From Chrysochromulina tobinii (lineage: Eukaryota), in assembly GCA_001275005.1 (NCBI GenBank), contig JWZX01003167.1, positions 1 to 37,257 on the forward strand: 37,257 bases of DNA, given 5' to 3'. Shown one piece after another: positions 1-11,101 of the stretch. Below the pieces are notes generated by a model. That model ran no database searches, had not been told where the DNA came from, and saw only the letters and a program-made list of their open reading frames with translations. The translations under genes were made by a program, and so were the position numbers. Every line of letters starts with the position of its first letter. Positions within the stretch are counted from its first letter, which is position 1.

Positions 1-1010
1 CGGCGCGACCGTATCGCGAGCAAGTGCATCCACAAACTCATCGTAGTTGATCTCACCATTTGCATCCTGGTCACACTGCGCGATGAGCCGATCCACGGCC
101 TCGAAGCTGACGGGAATGTTGAACAAATCGAGCGCACGGTAGAGCTCCGTCCTGCTCACCGCCCCCGAGTTGTCGACATCGACGAAGTGAAACGCCTTAC
201 GAATGTCAGTGAATTTCGCGGCGATCGCATCCGTGGCCTGCTTCTGGAGCTGTTTGGCGTCGACAGGCTTTTTGAGTGCCGTTCCAGGCCCATCGTCATT
301 GTTGATCGTCGCCTTGGCATTCTTGACCTTGACCTTATCGAGGAAAGCCTGGGCGTCGACGCCCATCGCCTCCTTGGACTGCATGCCACGCTTGCCCATG
401 GCTGCCGGCGCGACCGTATCGCGAGCAAGTGCATCCACAAACTCATCGTAGTTGATCTCACCATTTGCATCCTGGTCACACTGCGCGATGAGCTTCTTGA
501 CACTCTCTCTGTCGATCGGAATGTTGAATAAGTCGAGCGCACGGTAGAGCTCAGCCTCGCTCACCCCTCCCGAGTTGTCAACATCGACGAAGTGAAACGC
601 CTTACGAACGTCGGTGAATTTCGCGGCGATCGCATCCGTGGCCTGCTTCTGGAGCTGTTTAGCGTCGATGTTCACTCGCACGGGCACCCCCGCCCCTGCT
701 TCGTTGATCGTCGCCTTGGCATTCTTGACCTTGACCTTATCGAGGAAAGCCTGGGCGTCGACGCCCATCGCCTCCTTTGACTGCATGTCGCGCTTTCCCA
801 TCGCTGCCGGCGCAACCGTATCGCGAGCAAGGACGTCCACAAACTCCTTGTAATCAACTTCGCCATCACCATCAGCGTCGCAAGCAGCCATGAGCTCGTC
901 GATCTTTGCGTCAGTGATCGGAATGTTCCACAGGTCCAGTGCACGCCTCAGCTCTTCACGATTGAGCTTGCCGGAGTTGTCCAAGTCCACGTAATGGAAT
1001 GCTTTCATCA
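1..1010. repeat. Intragenic tandem repeat, period 402-405 bp, at least 2.5 units
   Basis: cggcgc(g/a)accgtatcgcgagcaag starts at 1, 406 and 808. Blocks such as gatcgtcgccttggcattcttgaccttgaccttatcgaggaaagcctgggcgtcgacgcccatcgcctcctt are identical between units. Confidence 0.9.
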
Positions 1011-1485
1011 TGTTGCTGAAGCGTGAATTGAGCGCGTCTTGGGCCTGGCGCGCAAAGGCTGAGTTCTTCACTGCGATCTTGCGTGTGCTGCGCATCAGCG
1101 AATCCGGCGGGAGTGGCGGCGGGGGCGCCGGCTCCCTTACCTGGAACTCTTGCGGGCTGCGCTTGACCTCGCGTGGGCTTGCCTTGGGCTCACGCTGGCT
1201 CAGCTCACTATCAGGCTTGGTCTTCGCCCAGACTGCGTTACCTTGCTTGCGCATGGACTCCTCATACTCACGAAATGCGGCAAGTCTCTTTTCAATGATC
1301 CGCTTCTGGTCGTCTAGAGCCGGAAGACGGGGCGAGGTTTTGGGAAGGGCTGCGCGTGGTGAGAGCAACGGCAACTGGCCGGCACGAATGGTGCGCGCGT
1401 GCGTGGACGACACGTGCTGACTCCAGAAGCTGGTTGGGGTCGGAGCCTCGACAGACGGCTGAGTGAATACTCCCCTGAGCGTCAT
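1..1485 (-). CDS. EF-hand repeat calcium-binding protein (3' end outside window; absent from ORF track)
   Basis: I translated an open frame from the ATG at 1485 to base 1. It has paired EF-hand loops (DLDNSGKLNREEL / DADGDGEVDYKEF, DVDNSGGVSEAEL / DQDANGEINYDEF) inside ~135-aa repeat units. Confidence 0.9.
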   Translation of the reverse strand, partial: MTLRGVFTQPSVEAPTPTSFWSQHVSSTHARTIRAGQLPLLSPRAALPKTSPRLPALDDQKRIIEKRLAAFREYEESMRKQGNAVWAKTKPDSELSQREPKASPREVKRSPQEFQVREPAPPPPLPPDSLMRSTRKIAVKNSAFARQAQDALNSRFSNMMKAFHYVDLDNSGKLNREELRRALDLWNIPITDAKIDELMAACDADGDGEVDYKEFVDVLARDTVAPAAMGKRDMQSKEAMGVDAQAFLDKVKVKNAKATINEAGAGVPVRVNIDAKQLQKQATDAIAAKFTDVRKAFHFVDVDNSGGVSEAELYRALDLFNIPIDRESVKKLIAQCDQDANGEINYDEFVDALARDTVAPAAMGKRGMQSKEAMGVDAQAFLDKVKVKNAKATINNDDGPGTALKKPVDAKQLQKQATDAIAAKFTDIRKAFHFVDVDNSGAVSRTELYRALDLFNIPVSFEAVDRLIAQCDQDANGEINYDEFVDALARDTVAP

Positions 1486-1650
1486 TGTTGGGAAGAGTCG
1501 CCTTCTGTCAGACGATCTGTTTTCCGACGTTCCGAGTTTACAACGACTTTTCGGGACAAAAAAGGAAGTGAAATTGTGAACGGTAGCGGCCCGAGAGTAT
1601 ACGCGGAACGCTAAAGAAGTCATCAAGAAATCAAGTCCTCAAAAAATCAA

Positions 1651-1679
1651 GACTTGACTTGACTTGACTTGACTTGACT
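1651..1679. repeat. (GACTT)n pentanucleotide microsatellite in divergent intergenic region
   Basis: gacttgacttgacttgacttgacttgact, preceded by several tcaag motifs at 1623-1651. Confidence 0.9.
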
Positions 1680-1726
1680 GAACTTTCGCGGGGCGCGTCT
1701 GGATTTCTGTGTGGCGGTCGACGCGG

Positions 1727-2691
1727 ATGAATGTGACTTTCACCTATTGCCGCGTGCCAGCGGACGAGCACGAGGCTCCTGAGAAGCTGAGTGCCTCATC
1801 GACTCAGCCGGGCGACGCGCTGCCTGAAATCTTGAAGAAGCGTTTCGCTGGTGGGAGCATCAAGAGTGCAGACAGCCTACGTGCTGAGTATGGGTCTGCG
1901 GTTGATGAGAAGATGGAGCAACTCAATCAGGTGGCGAGTCAAGGCAGCGTCGAGGTGTTTGCGCTCGTGCGCCCATCGGCCCAAACAATGCCCATTCCTC
2001 ACGCGGGCACATACTTTACTTTGACGAGATGGGCGCGCTCAAGGGCCTGCCAGTGAACAAGCGAGCTGGCCAGATTGCCGCAACATGCGGGCTGGATGTG
2101 GAGAGCCCGTTTCTGGGCGACGTCTACATTGGGCGAGTGGTCCTCACTCCCTCACCAACCCGCAACGGCAACTTCGACCTCAGCGAGCTCGACTCGTCTA
2201 GCCCGTTCCTGCGCTCGGCACCGAGCGAGAATACTCAGTACCAGGTGGCCATGGAGGAGTATTCCAAAGCCGCCAGGGCGAAGACGGTGGAAGGCAAGGC
2301 TCGTGCAGGAATGGGGAGCGGGTCTGGCGCAGATGGCTCGCCCAATGCCCTTGCAGCGGCTGCAACGCCGTCAACGCCTGGGCAATACAAATGGGCGCAA
2401 ACACCTACCGACCTTGAGGTAACTCTGGCGCTGCCGGCAGGCACGCTCAAGCGCGATGTGAAAGTGTCCGTGGGCGCCAAGTCGCTCAAGGTGGACGTCA
2501 AATCGTCTGCGGACGCTAATGCTCCGCCTCTCGTCGACCTCAAGCTCTTCGCCGCGGTTCGTCCGGATGAGATGACGTGGACGCTCAGCGGCACCATGGA
2601 GGGCTTGCCACAGCTTCAGGTCATGGTCGAGAAAGCGGTCAGTGTCACATGGAGCCGGCTCGAGGTGGCGTCGGAAGGCCAAATCCTGTGA
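1727..2691 (+). CDS. CS (p23/NudC-like) domain protein, ~321 aa, with one frame break at ~2015-2017
   Basis: ORFs 1709..2056 and 2029..2691 join as GTYFYFDEMGALKGLPVNKRA if one T is restored to the TTT run at 2015-2017. The C-terminal YKWAQTPTDLEVTLALP...LFAAVRPDEMTWTL...VEKAVSVTWSRL is a CS domain. Confidence 0.8.
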
Positions 2692-3098
2692 GCAATACTG
2701 CTTGCGCGCGGGCTTTTTCTCGGCACGACGAGTAGGGGCGCGGCAACTCCGAATCTCGAGCTTCGGAGATGTTGCAACGCCGATTCAAGGCGAGGTGTTA
2801 GCAAAGAGGGTGAGAGCCCAACGCCGGAGCGGGCCGTCAACGGCGCGCGCGAAGGGCGAAAAGCGCGCAGCACGTTCGAGCGCGACGTTACGCCTGCTTC
2901 TGGACCTTTCAGGTGCGCGGGTGTGGCTATATATAACTAGGAGTTGGTGTTGGGTTAAGTATGATTCTTGCGTGCACTGTCGCACTGCCGCATACACCGC
3001 GATGAATATAAAAGTACACTATGAATCTTGAAAGACAGGAACATACCCCGTGCTCGGGGTATACATGATACACGGGCGATCCAGACTCCCTTGGTGCT

Positions 3099-3656
3099 TC
3101 AAGAAGAGTCGTAGTCATCCCCTCCGAACCTCTGATCAAACTTGTCGAGGTCCGATCTGCTTTGTGCTGCGGCATCGGCTTTGCCATCCTCCTCAGCATC
3201 GTCCTCGCCAGAGTCCCTGCACGTAGCCGCCTTCTTTGCGCTACGGATGTACTCGTGACCTGACTTCATCGCCTTTCTGGGCGCTGATGCTGGCTTGGCC
3301 GCTGAGACCCGCGGTCCAGGCGGCGCTCGCCTTGCTTCCTTGGGGGCCGCCTTCATAACCATATCCCGAGCGTCTCCGCTCTCTAGTCGTCGCTCGAAGG
3401 CGTCGATATCAGAGATCGACTCCTTCACCTCGTCATTCGTGTCATCCACCTCGTAGTGGTCCTTGTCTTCGTGCACCGAGGCCGCCTGCATTGCTGCCGC
3501 CAACGCCAAGGTGTCACCCAGACCACTTGTCGAACTACCCAGACTGCGGACGGCGTTCAGGGCGCCACCCCGAGCTGAAATGGCTGCAGGGTTCTGCTGC
3601 AGCTGCTGGCGGCCCGACGGTGGCGATCGGTGGAGCGGCCCGCGACGCACGTTCAT
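3099..3656 (-). CDS. Hypothetical low-complexity/acidic protein, 185 aa
   Basis: ATG-initiated ORF with coding-like composition and an acidic C-terminus. No recognised domain. Confidence 0.6.
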   Translation of the reverse strand: MNVRRGPLHRSPPSGRQQLQQNPAAISARGGALNAVRSLGSSTSGLGDTLALAAAMQAASVHEDKDHYEVDDTNDEVKESISDIDAFERRLESGDARDMVMKAAPKEARRAPPGPRVSAAKPASAPRKAMKSGHEYIRSAKKAATCRDSGEDDAEEDGKADAAAQSRSDLDKFDQRFGGDDYDSS

Positions 3657-4168
3657 GAGAAAAGGTCAGTTCTGCAGGTCAGTTCATCTGTAAACGAAGG
3701 GATTTTGGTTTTATCATTGGAGGTAAGTCACACGGACACGCGAGTCGGCGAACAAGCCAGCCACTACCACACGAAACACAGGACACAACAGCACGTCGAC
3801 GTATTCGTTAATTGCGAACAGGTCAGCTCAGGATTCGACGATGCGCGAGCGCGCACCGAACGGCGGAGGACTAGAACCACACGAAACGCACTGCCACGCA
3901 CAGCGGCTTAAGCGGTCGCGTCGCACGCACGCACGGTGGACTAACACACAGGCGGCGGGCCGGCGGTCGGGACCCGCCCCACCCCGAAAACTCCTGATTC
4001 CCCATCCCTTCGGCAGCGGTGCGCAGGCGGCGGCGTCACGTCGCCCGCGGCTTCTTCCCCCTCCTCCACCAACCGAGACGGGACATCCCAAAGGGGGGGA
4101 GGGTGTTGTCCGGCTCTGCCGTTCACTCAGTGTCGACACACCCGTAGACGCCTCGTAGCACTCAGCAC

Positions 4169-7100
4169 TCAGAAGAATGGCATGTACTGCGCCTCCCAGC
4201 CGCAATCCTTGCAGAAGCGCTGCTCCGGGTACTTAGTGAGGACGGCGCGGCAGTATAGGCAGCGCACGTGGAACTTGGCAGGCTTGCCGTCCGCGTTGTG
4301 CAGGCGCGAGAGTACGGACGAGAAACTCGCTAGCAGACCGTTTCGGTACTGCGCCACCACCTCGCGATGCTCCTCATTGTTAACGTACCAATCGTGCGCC
4401 GCGTGGTCGTCCTTCCACGCGGTCAGATTAAGCTGACGCACCGAGCCGTGGTCGCCAGCAAACTCGGCGAGGTATTGACCGCAGAAGCCCTTGCGCTGGG
4501 CCTCCTCTGTTTTAAGCGACTCGCTCATCTTTATCGTCGAGTAGCCGAGCTTCATCCAGTCTTGCCCGTCACGATCTCGGAGCATGTGCCCCACGTTGCA
4601 TACGAACGTCGTCGGCTTCTGCTGGGGAAGGGGCTTGATGCCCTCCTTCTCCAGGGAACGGCGTGAGCCGCCGCCCGGGTACACGAAGTACGCGACGCCC
4701 ATCTCGACGCCGTCGCCGTAGTGCGCGGTCGGCGTCGGGTGTGCGTAGAAGTAGGCGGGGCGCGGTATGATCCAATTGGCGAAACTAACGAACATGCGAG
4801 CGAGGGTGAAGATGAGCGCGGAGAGAATGAATCGAAACTGGCTCTCGGCATCGAGGGCGACGCCGTGCCATGCGAAGCGCGCCTCGTCCGCGCGTAGGCC
4901 GTTGCGCAGCTTCTCACGCGTCTCTATGTCCAGCCGGCTCCAATGCGCCAGCACGAGCAGCGCGGTGAGCATCCATTGGCCCCTGCTCAGCTCGCCCCGC
5001 GCGACGGCGGTGAAGAGGGCGACGGGCGCGACGACGATGGTTTGGAGCTCGACGGAGGCCGTCCACGGGAAGACGCCGTCGTGCAAGGGTTCAAAGACGC
5101 CAAAGCGGATTGTGAGCACATTCACGAACGCGGCCATCCAAAAGAATTGGGGCACGCTGCCTGGAAGCAGGCTCCATATGAGGGCACCAAATGCAGGGCG
5201 GACGGGCGCCAGGAGCGCCGTGGCGAGCGTCATGTAGACTGCAGCGAGGATCACGTGCAACGGCTTCGCACTGGGCATCACACGCACATACCGGCTCGCG
5301 AGGGCGTGCTGCATCATCGAGAGGACCGTAGCGCACACGGCGAGCACGGCGTCGCGCCCCTGCGGTGTACCCACGAGCGCCTCGCGCATGCCCCAGGGCG
5401 CGCCCGGGTCGGGTGTCACCGCCGGCAAGCAGTCCGCCCTCGGCGCTCGTGGCAGGCCGCTCGTGAGCCGCGGCGTACGGCAGGAGGCACGCGAGGCTCA
5501 TGAGAGCGAGCGCCGCCGCGCAGATGCCACGCGTCGTGACGAGAGCCGAGCGCACTACCACCACGCCAACGGGTGCGAGGAGTTCGGTTGCGAGGAGCAG
5601 GGTGGCAGCGCGCTGGGTCTGCGAGATGAGCGCCCACAAGACAAAGTGCGCCGCTAGCGCGACGAGCGCGTGCGCGTGGCACGTGGGCGAGAAGAACATC
5701 GTGCAGAGCGCGCCGCGGAGCGGGGGGCGCTCGCCGGCTGCGGAATTGGTGTAGAGCATGTCGCGCTCAACGGTCAATGCGACAAGCGCCACCATCCAGA
5801 TGACCATCGTCCAGAGCTCGAAGTTAAGCCCGCTGAACAGCGGTGCGAACGTGCTCAGTATCTCATCGAACCACGCGGGAGCACTGCCATCCCATGTGGT
5901 CGCCGGGATCACCACCGGGGCAGCGAGCTCGCCTTTCCTCTCAGGCGAATGGAATAGGAAGGTCGCCACCGGATTGAGGCTGAGGATCGCGATCGGGACC
6001 CAGAGGAAGTATTGGAACGTTAAGTACTCGGATGTCCCGGGGACCAGCTCGTCCCAGCCCGCGCTCGCCATCGCCATGTACGGCCGGCCCGTCTTCATGA
6101 TCCGCTCCTGGCGCAGAGCCGCCTCGATGCGCGTCTTTCGCTCCTCCATAGTCTCCTGCTTCGTCACGCCCATCCCCGCCGGCAGTGTGGCAACCGCAAA
6201 CTCGCGCATGAGGATCCGGGCTGTCTCCGAGTGCCCGATCCGGTGGAAAGAGTCGGACGAGTCCAGATTGCCCGAGTGGTTTTCAAACGGATAGCGTCCT
6301 CCCGGGTGCTTCGCCGCAAAAGCGGTCACGTCGTACACGATGCCGTCGACTACAATCAGCAGCTTGTTCTCCACGCCGGGTTTGAACAGCTTCTTGTCCG
6401 CGAGTTGGTACTCCTCCACCGTCATCGTGTCCAGCTTGCGCCGAGCACCGATGCTGACTTCGTCGAACGCCGCTTTGTGCTCCTCGAGGAGCCGTGCCGC
6501 CCTCGCCTCTTTCGAATTGTCAGAGTGGTCGGAGGCCTGGGGCGGCGCCGTGTCGGCGCCTTTCCCCATGCCGCCTTTCCGGTGGCCGCCCTTGCCGGCA
6601 TCGAGGACGTTGAGCTCGACTTTCTTCGCGTCACTCGCCATCATGCCCGTGAAGGGGCACTTGCCCTTGACGAGCGGAGCCTCGATCTCGCCATCGCTTA
6701 CGCCGCCAGCGCCGTCGACAGACGTGACGGAGATGTCGTCGTCAACATCGCCGGTGAGCGCGCGCTCCCGCGCTCGCGACTCGGCCGACAGATCCTCCTG
6801 GTCGAGCTTGGCCACGTGCTGCATGAGTGCTGCCCAGCACACGCTCAGCGTCGTGAAGAAGAAGCCGAGCAGCACATAGGCGACGCGGTTGGGCACGGAC
6901 AATGAGCCAACGCCCCCTGGATCGTTCCAACGCCAGATGCCGTACCAGTAGAGGCCAACTGGGATGAAGCGGCCGATGATGACGGAGACTGCAGTGCCCG
7001 TCCAGCAAAAGTCGACGAGCTCCCAGCCACCGAGCGGCCGGAACCAGCGCAGCTCCAGATCAAAGTCGCGCAAGAGGTCGCGGATGTTGACGAACGCGAC

Positions 7101-7661
7101 TGGAAGCTCAAAGAGCATGCCGCATGCACCTAGTGCGGGTAGCGCTCGCGTCGCAAGGCACACGCTGAAGGCAGCGATTGCGATGGCATGGTGGAGCAGG
7201 TAGAGAAAATAGAAGTTGATCCCCTTTTCCCCTTTTTCCCTGCTCTTCTTCGATAGACGCACGGTGAAGGAGCTGGGCGTTGAAGCATCCTCAACGAGGC
7301 TCACCAGCCAATGCGCAGCAGCGAGGGTGAACGCGTGACCGTGCAGCTCGGTCTGCATGTGTAACAAGTCGGGAAAGGAGCGGACGCGCGACAGCAGCAC
7401 AATGCCAAGCGGACCCGCCATCAGGTAGTAGAGCTGAGCTCGAACGTAGCGCCGCAGCGTGCGATGCCGCTCAGCGGGCAGGCTCGCGACCCGCTCGGAG
7501 ATGCGCTTGGCGAGACCGGGCGAACCGGTCTGCGCAAGGGCGATGTTGAGCAGCGCGGGCGCAAGAAAGTGCAGGACGGTCCAAACGGCCGTCAACGCCA
7601 GCACGTCACGTTCCCACGAGTCGGACATGAATTGATCCATGGATTCCCGCGGCCCACACAT
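4169..7661 (-). CDS. Multidomain membrane protein: TLC domain + cytochrome b5 heme domain + TM bundle + dimeric alpha/beta-barrel-like domain + zinc ribbon; one frame break at ~5430-5500
   Basis: TLC-like LYLLHHAIAIAAF...FELPVAFVNIR; b5 IVVDGIVYDVTAFAAKHPGG...FHRIGHSETA; LNLTAWKDDHAAHDWYVNNEEHREVV; CLYC...CKDC. The overlapping ORFs 5091..7661 and 4169..5428 join with a 1-nt shift or a short 3n+1 intron. Confidence 0.75.
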
Positions 7662-7860
7662 CGCACCTTGGTCACCGTGAAAACACCTTTAATTAAGGGA
7701 ACGCTATCCAATTCAAAGACGAATCCCCCGATTCTACGACCCCCTACCCGTCGCATCCGACTTTGACGGATCCGAAGCGAGCACTTGGACGCGGCGCGAG
7801 CATTGGCGCGTCACGTAAATTGTGGGCGCGCGTGCCGCGCGCGTACACACCAGACGCGCG

Positions 7861-8561
7861 ATGAGCGGTCAAGACATGGCAACAGACGTTGTCGCTCACG
7901 TCACCGAATCTTGCTGCTGCGCAAGCAGTGCCCCGGTGACTGTTGTGGCGATGAACGTCCCCTCGTATATACCGCCGAAGGCGCCGACTACCACTCTGAC
8001 GCTGGCCAGCGATAACGAAGGAGTGCGAGTGCGGCTCACTCTCAGTGTCACCACGTCTGGATCTCGAGTTGCACCTGGTCTCGAGATGGAGGACTGTGGC
8101 GTGTGCGTATTTTGCCTGGACAAGCCTAAGTACGGGGGACCTGGCACGAAGCGGCAGAAGTGCGAGCTCAAGCAAAACGAGGCCAACCATGCCACGCGCA
8201 TACCGGCAGGGGTGCGCGTCTGGACGACCTTGCACATTGTCAAGCAATCAGAATACGACCAGATCAGATCGTTTGAAGAGATGCCGCTGCCCACGCTCGT
8301 TCTTGAGGCCGTCGCTACCAAGGGCTCCTTGCCTGTCGTTTGGGCCTATCGTCGCAAGCGTCGAGCACGCACCCTGCCTCCAGCGTACGTGCTCATGTAT
8401 TACTGCGAGGGCCGCATACCTCTCGATCGCAGTGAGCTTGCCAACTCGCGCCAGCGGTACTTCGAGAACCGCCGCAATCCGGAGGCTGTCCGCAGCGGAG
8501 AAAAGCGCCGTAACCCAGGAGCGACAAAGGTCGCGCGAGAAAAGAGGCTGCAGTACATCTG

Positions 8562-8613
<52 letters not shown>

Positions 8614-9363
8614 CTCATCTCCGCGAACGCTTGGCCAAGTTCCGTACAGCACCAGCAGCACCAGCAGCAATACGAGCATCAGCAATACGAGCATCAGCAA
8701 TACGAGCATCAGCAATACGATCAATACCTCCCGCTGCAGCACCAGCAGCAGCTATACGATCCGGTGCCGATGCAAGTGCCAACAGCGTGGGTCGCGTCAG
8801 ATCCTTCGCTTCCGACCTACTATTCGCCCGCTCCAGTCGTGCACATTCACATGCCGCCGCCGCCTCCTGCTCCACCAATGCAATCTGTGGCCATGCCCAT
8901 GTATCACGCCCCGGTGCTACCGTCACAGCCACTGGGGCGACGCATCAAAAAGCGCCCCTCACCTCAAGCCACGGGCCTCGCGCTCTCGCCTGACCAATAC
9001 AGCATGCACTCTCCGACTGTGCCCGGTATGGAGACTGAAAGCTGGATGCTCGATCAGCATGCGGCTCAGCACGGGGCGCCTACTCCGGGGGGCGTCTCGG
9101 CAGCTCCTAGCCAGCGACGAAAACGGTCGAAGCCTGATGCTGCGCAGGAAAGTGCATCTCGTGACAACGGCGAGTCGAACGCGATGTCGAACAGGACTCT
9201 TGACACCATGCTGCAACGTCTGCAAGGGCAACTTCCACAGCATACTTATGAGCAAGTCCTCGAGCTGGTGCGTGACGTCCAGGTGCGGCGCCGGCAGCTG
9301 AGCCGATCCGAGTTTCTCGAATGCTTCCAGGCGATCTGCGCTGGCGCACCGCAGCCCAATTGA
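7861..9363 (+). CDS. Nuclear protein with partial CXXC zinc finger, poly-Q/Pro-rich region and C-terminal RST-like helical domain
   Basis: EDCGVCVFCLDKPKYGGPGTKRQKC matches the KFGG half of the CXXC domain. Q15 tract; basic NLS-like RRIKKRP and RRKRSK; C-terminal LQRLQGQLPQHTYEQVLELVRDVQVRRRQLSRSEFLECFQAICAG. First ATG at 7861. Confidence 0.8.
8566..8715 (+). repeat. (CAG)15 at 8566-8610 and 15-bp repeat tacgagcatcagcaa x3 at 8671-8715 (coding)
   Basis: Read directly; encodes poly-Q and YEHQQ repeats. Confidence 0.95.
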
Positions 9364-10033
9364 ATGCGTAGAGACACGCTTGGTTTGGGCGCAACACGAC
9401 CATGGACTTTCGGCCAGCTCGCACCAACAAGCCCACTGGGACTGATGAATGTGAGTATCTGGTCCAAAGGTTTTCTACTCTTTCTTTGAGGTCCTCTTTG
9501 CTGGTTGTGGCGGCCAACGGTCAGGCGCAATGAACTCATGATCTCTTGCGTACAGGTCAAGTCTCTCGCTCACTCACTTCAGCTGCGACACTGTGGCTGG
9601 GTTCTGTTATTGCTGCTGTGTGTTGTTTGCGGCACGTCCATGTGCGCCCATGGGAATGAGGGGCTCGTGTTGGGGATGGATCTCTTCAATTGTCGCATGT
9701 CGACCCTAGATGATCGTAGGGCTGCTGATGAGAGCGGATGGGGGGCAGAGGGGGGAGGGCAAGGCTTTGGCGCAGCTCTGGAGTAATCTCAGCAAAGGGC
9801 GGATGTGTTCGTTGTTGCGTCTTGCGTGCGACCGGACAGGGGGACAAAACGGTCGCGCATGCCGAAATCGCATTCGAAATCAATAACAGGCCAAGGAGAT
9901 GTGAGACAAGATGTCATGACGTCGTGTCTCGCGTCCTCTCATGTTTTGATCCTGAGCCTCGACTCCGATTTTCCTCGCGTTTGGCCACTGTTTGGCCTGT
10001 AGAAAATCACCGGTACCGGTAAGTCACGCAAGA

Positions 10034-10502
10034 ATGCCGGCCTCTGCTGAAGTTGGCGTAGCGGAGCGGACGCTCAACTACACCGCGGGCGGCGTGGTTG
10101 CCGGCAGTCTGATCGGCCTCGCATCCGCGGCTTACAGCAAGCCCGCCGTCGGCGAGATGTCCCTCGCCTACGTGGGCAAAACGACGGGTGGCCACGCCGC
10201 TATGTTCGCGGCCATGGCGGGCATCTTCGCGGCGACTGATACCTTCCTCGACCAGTCGCGCGGCCACTCGGCGCTCAACTCGGTCGCTGCCGGGTGTGCA
10301 GCGGGCGCCGTCGTTGGCGCTCGGCAGGGCGACCCGACGAGGGCGGCATTTGGCTGTGCCCTCTTCGGCACCGTGCAAGCTTTCGGTGAGAACCTCATTA
10401 AATGTCCGCGCGCCCGCACGCTTTTTCGCTCACCCTCCCCCGTTGCTCATGTGTGCCGTCGCAGGCGCCCTGAGCCTGTGGTCGTCCGGTGGCGGGCACT
10501 GA
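10034..10502 (+). CDS. Tim17/Tim22/Tim23-family mitochondrial membrane protein; exons 10034-10385 and 10465-10502
   Basis: AMFAAMAGIFAATDTFLDQSRGHSALNSVAAGCAAGAVVGARQG is a Tim17-family pattern. Removing the 79-nt intron gtgag...cgcag (10386-10464) gives ...VQAFGALSLWSSGGGH*. Confidence 0.85.
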
Positions 10503-11101
10503 CTCCGTGCAACTGATTAGCGAAGCGTGTATTTGGGAGCCTGCCTGCATGAGGATGAGCGGGCGAGAAGGCAACGAAGAGGCATCTTACGGTGGACGTC
10601 CTTTCGTCGCGCAAGGGGCGCGCGCGGCGTGCAGTTGGAAGCAACTTCCGGCTGCAACACACGTCCCAAAGGACCCGGGCGCGTAGGTTGCGTGACCGGA
10701 ACCACGCGCCACGAAGAAGGCGCAGAAGGCGTCGCAGTCAAAGTTGTCATGCGGGAGGGTCATGCACGGTCTTGGTGCACGATCTGCTGAAGGTCGTCAG
10801 TATTTGGACCAATAATAGGGAAGTGTTCACACTCGGGATCAACCTACCGGGTCGGTTTTTTGATCGTCATCGTGCGGCTACGGCAGCCACGTTACACACC
10901 GACCGGTTGATGATGATGTCAATGATCTATGATGTGACGTACGAACGGTAACACAGAGCGCGCGAGGAAGGCGGATCACGGTCGCCCGAAATGTAACGAC
11001 CCGGACGATAAGCAATCAGGAACTAATCAGGAACTAGGGTACAACGAAGGTCGAAACGAAGGCAGGTCGATCAGCGAAAGTTGCTTCACAGGGTTTTCCC
11101 G

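Noticed and set aside
8045..9301. 418-aa alternative-frame ORF with poly-Ser, and antisense poly-Leu/poly-Cys ORFs
   Set aside because: Alternative readings of the CAG tract; the CXXC and RST-like motifs are in the 7861 frame.
9107..9883. Short ORFs downstream of the CXXC gene
   Set aside because: No consistent start, splice model or recognisable motif; more likely UTR or intergenic DNA.
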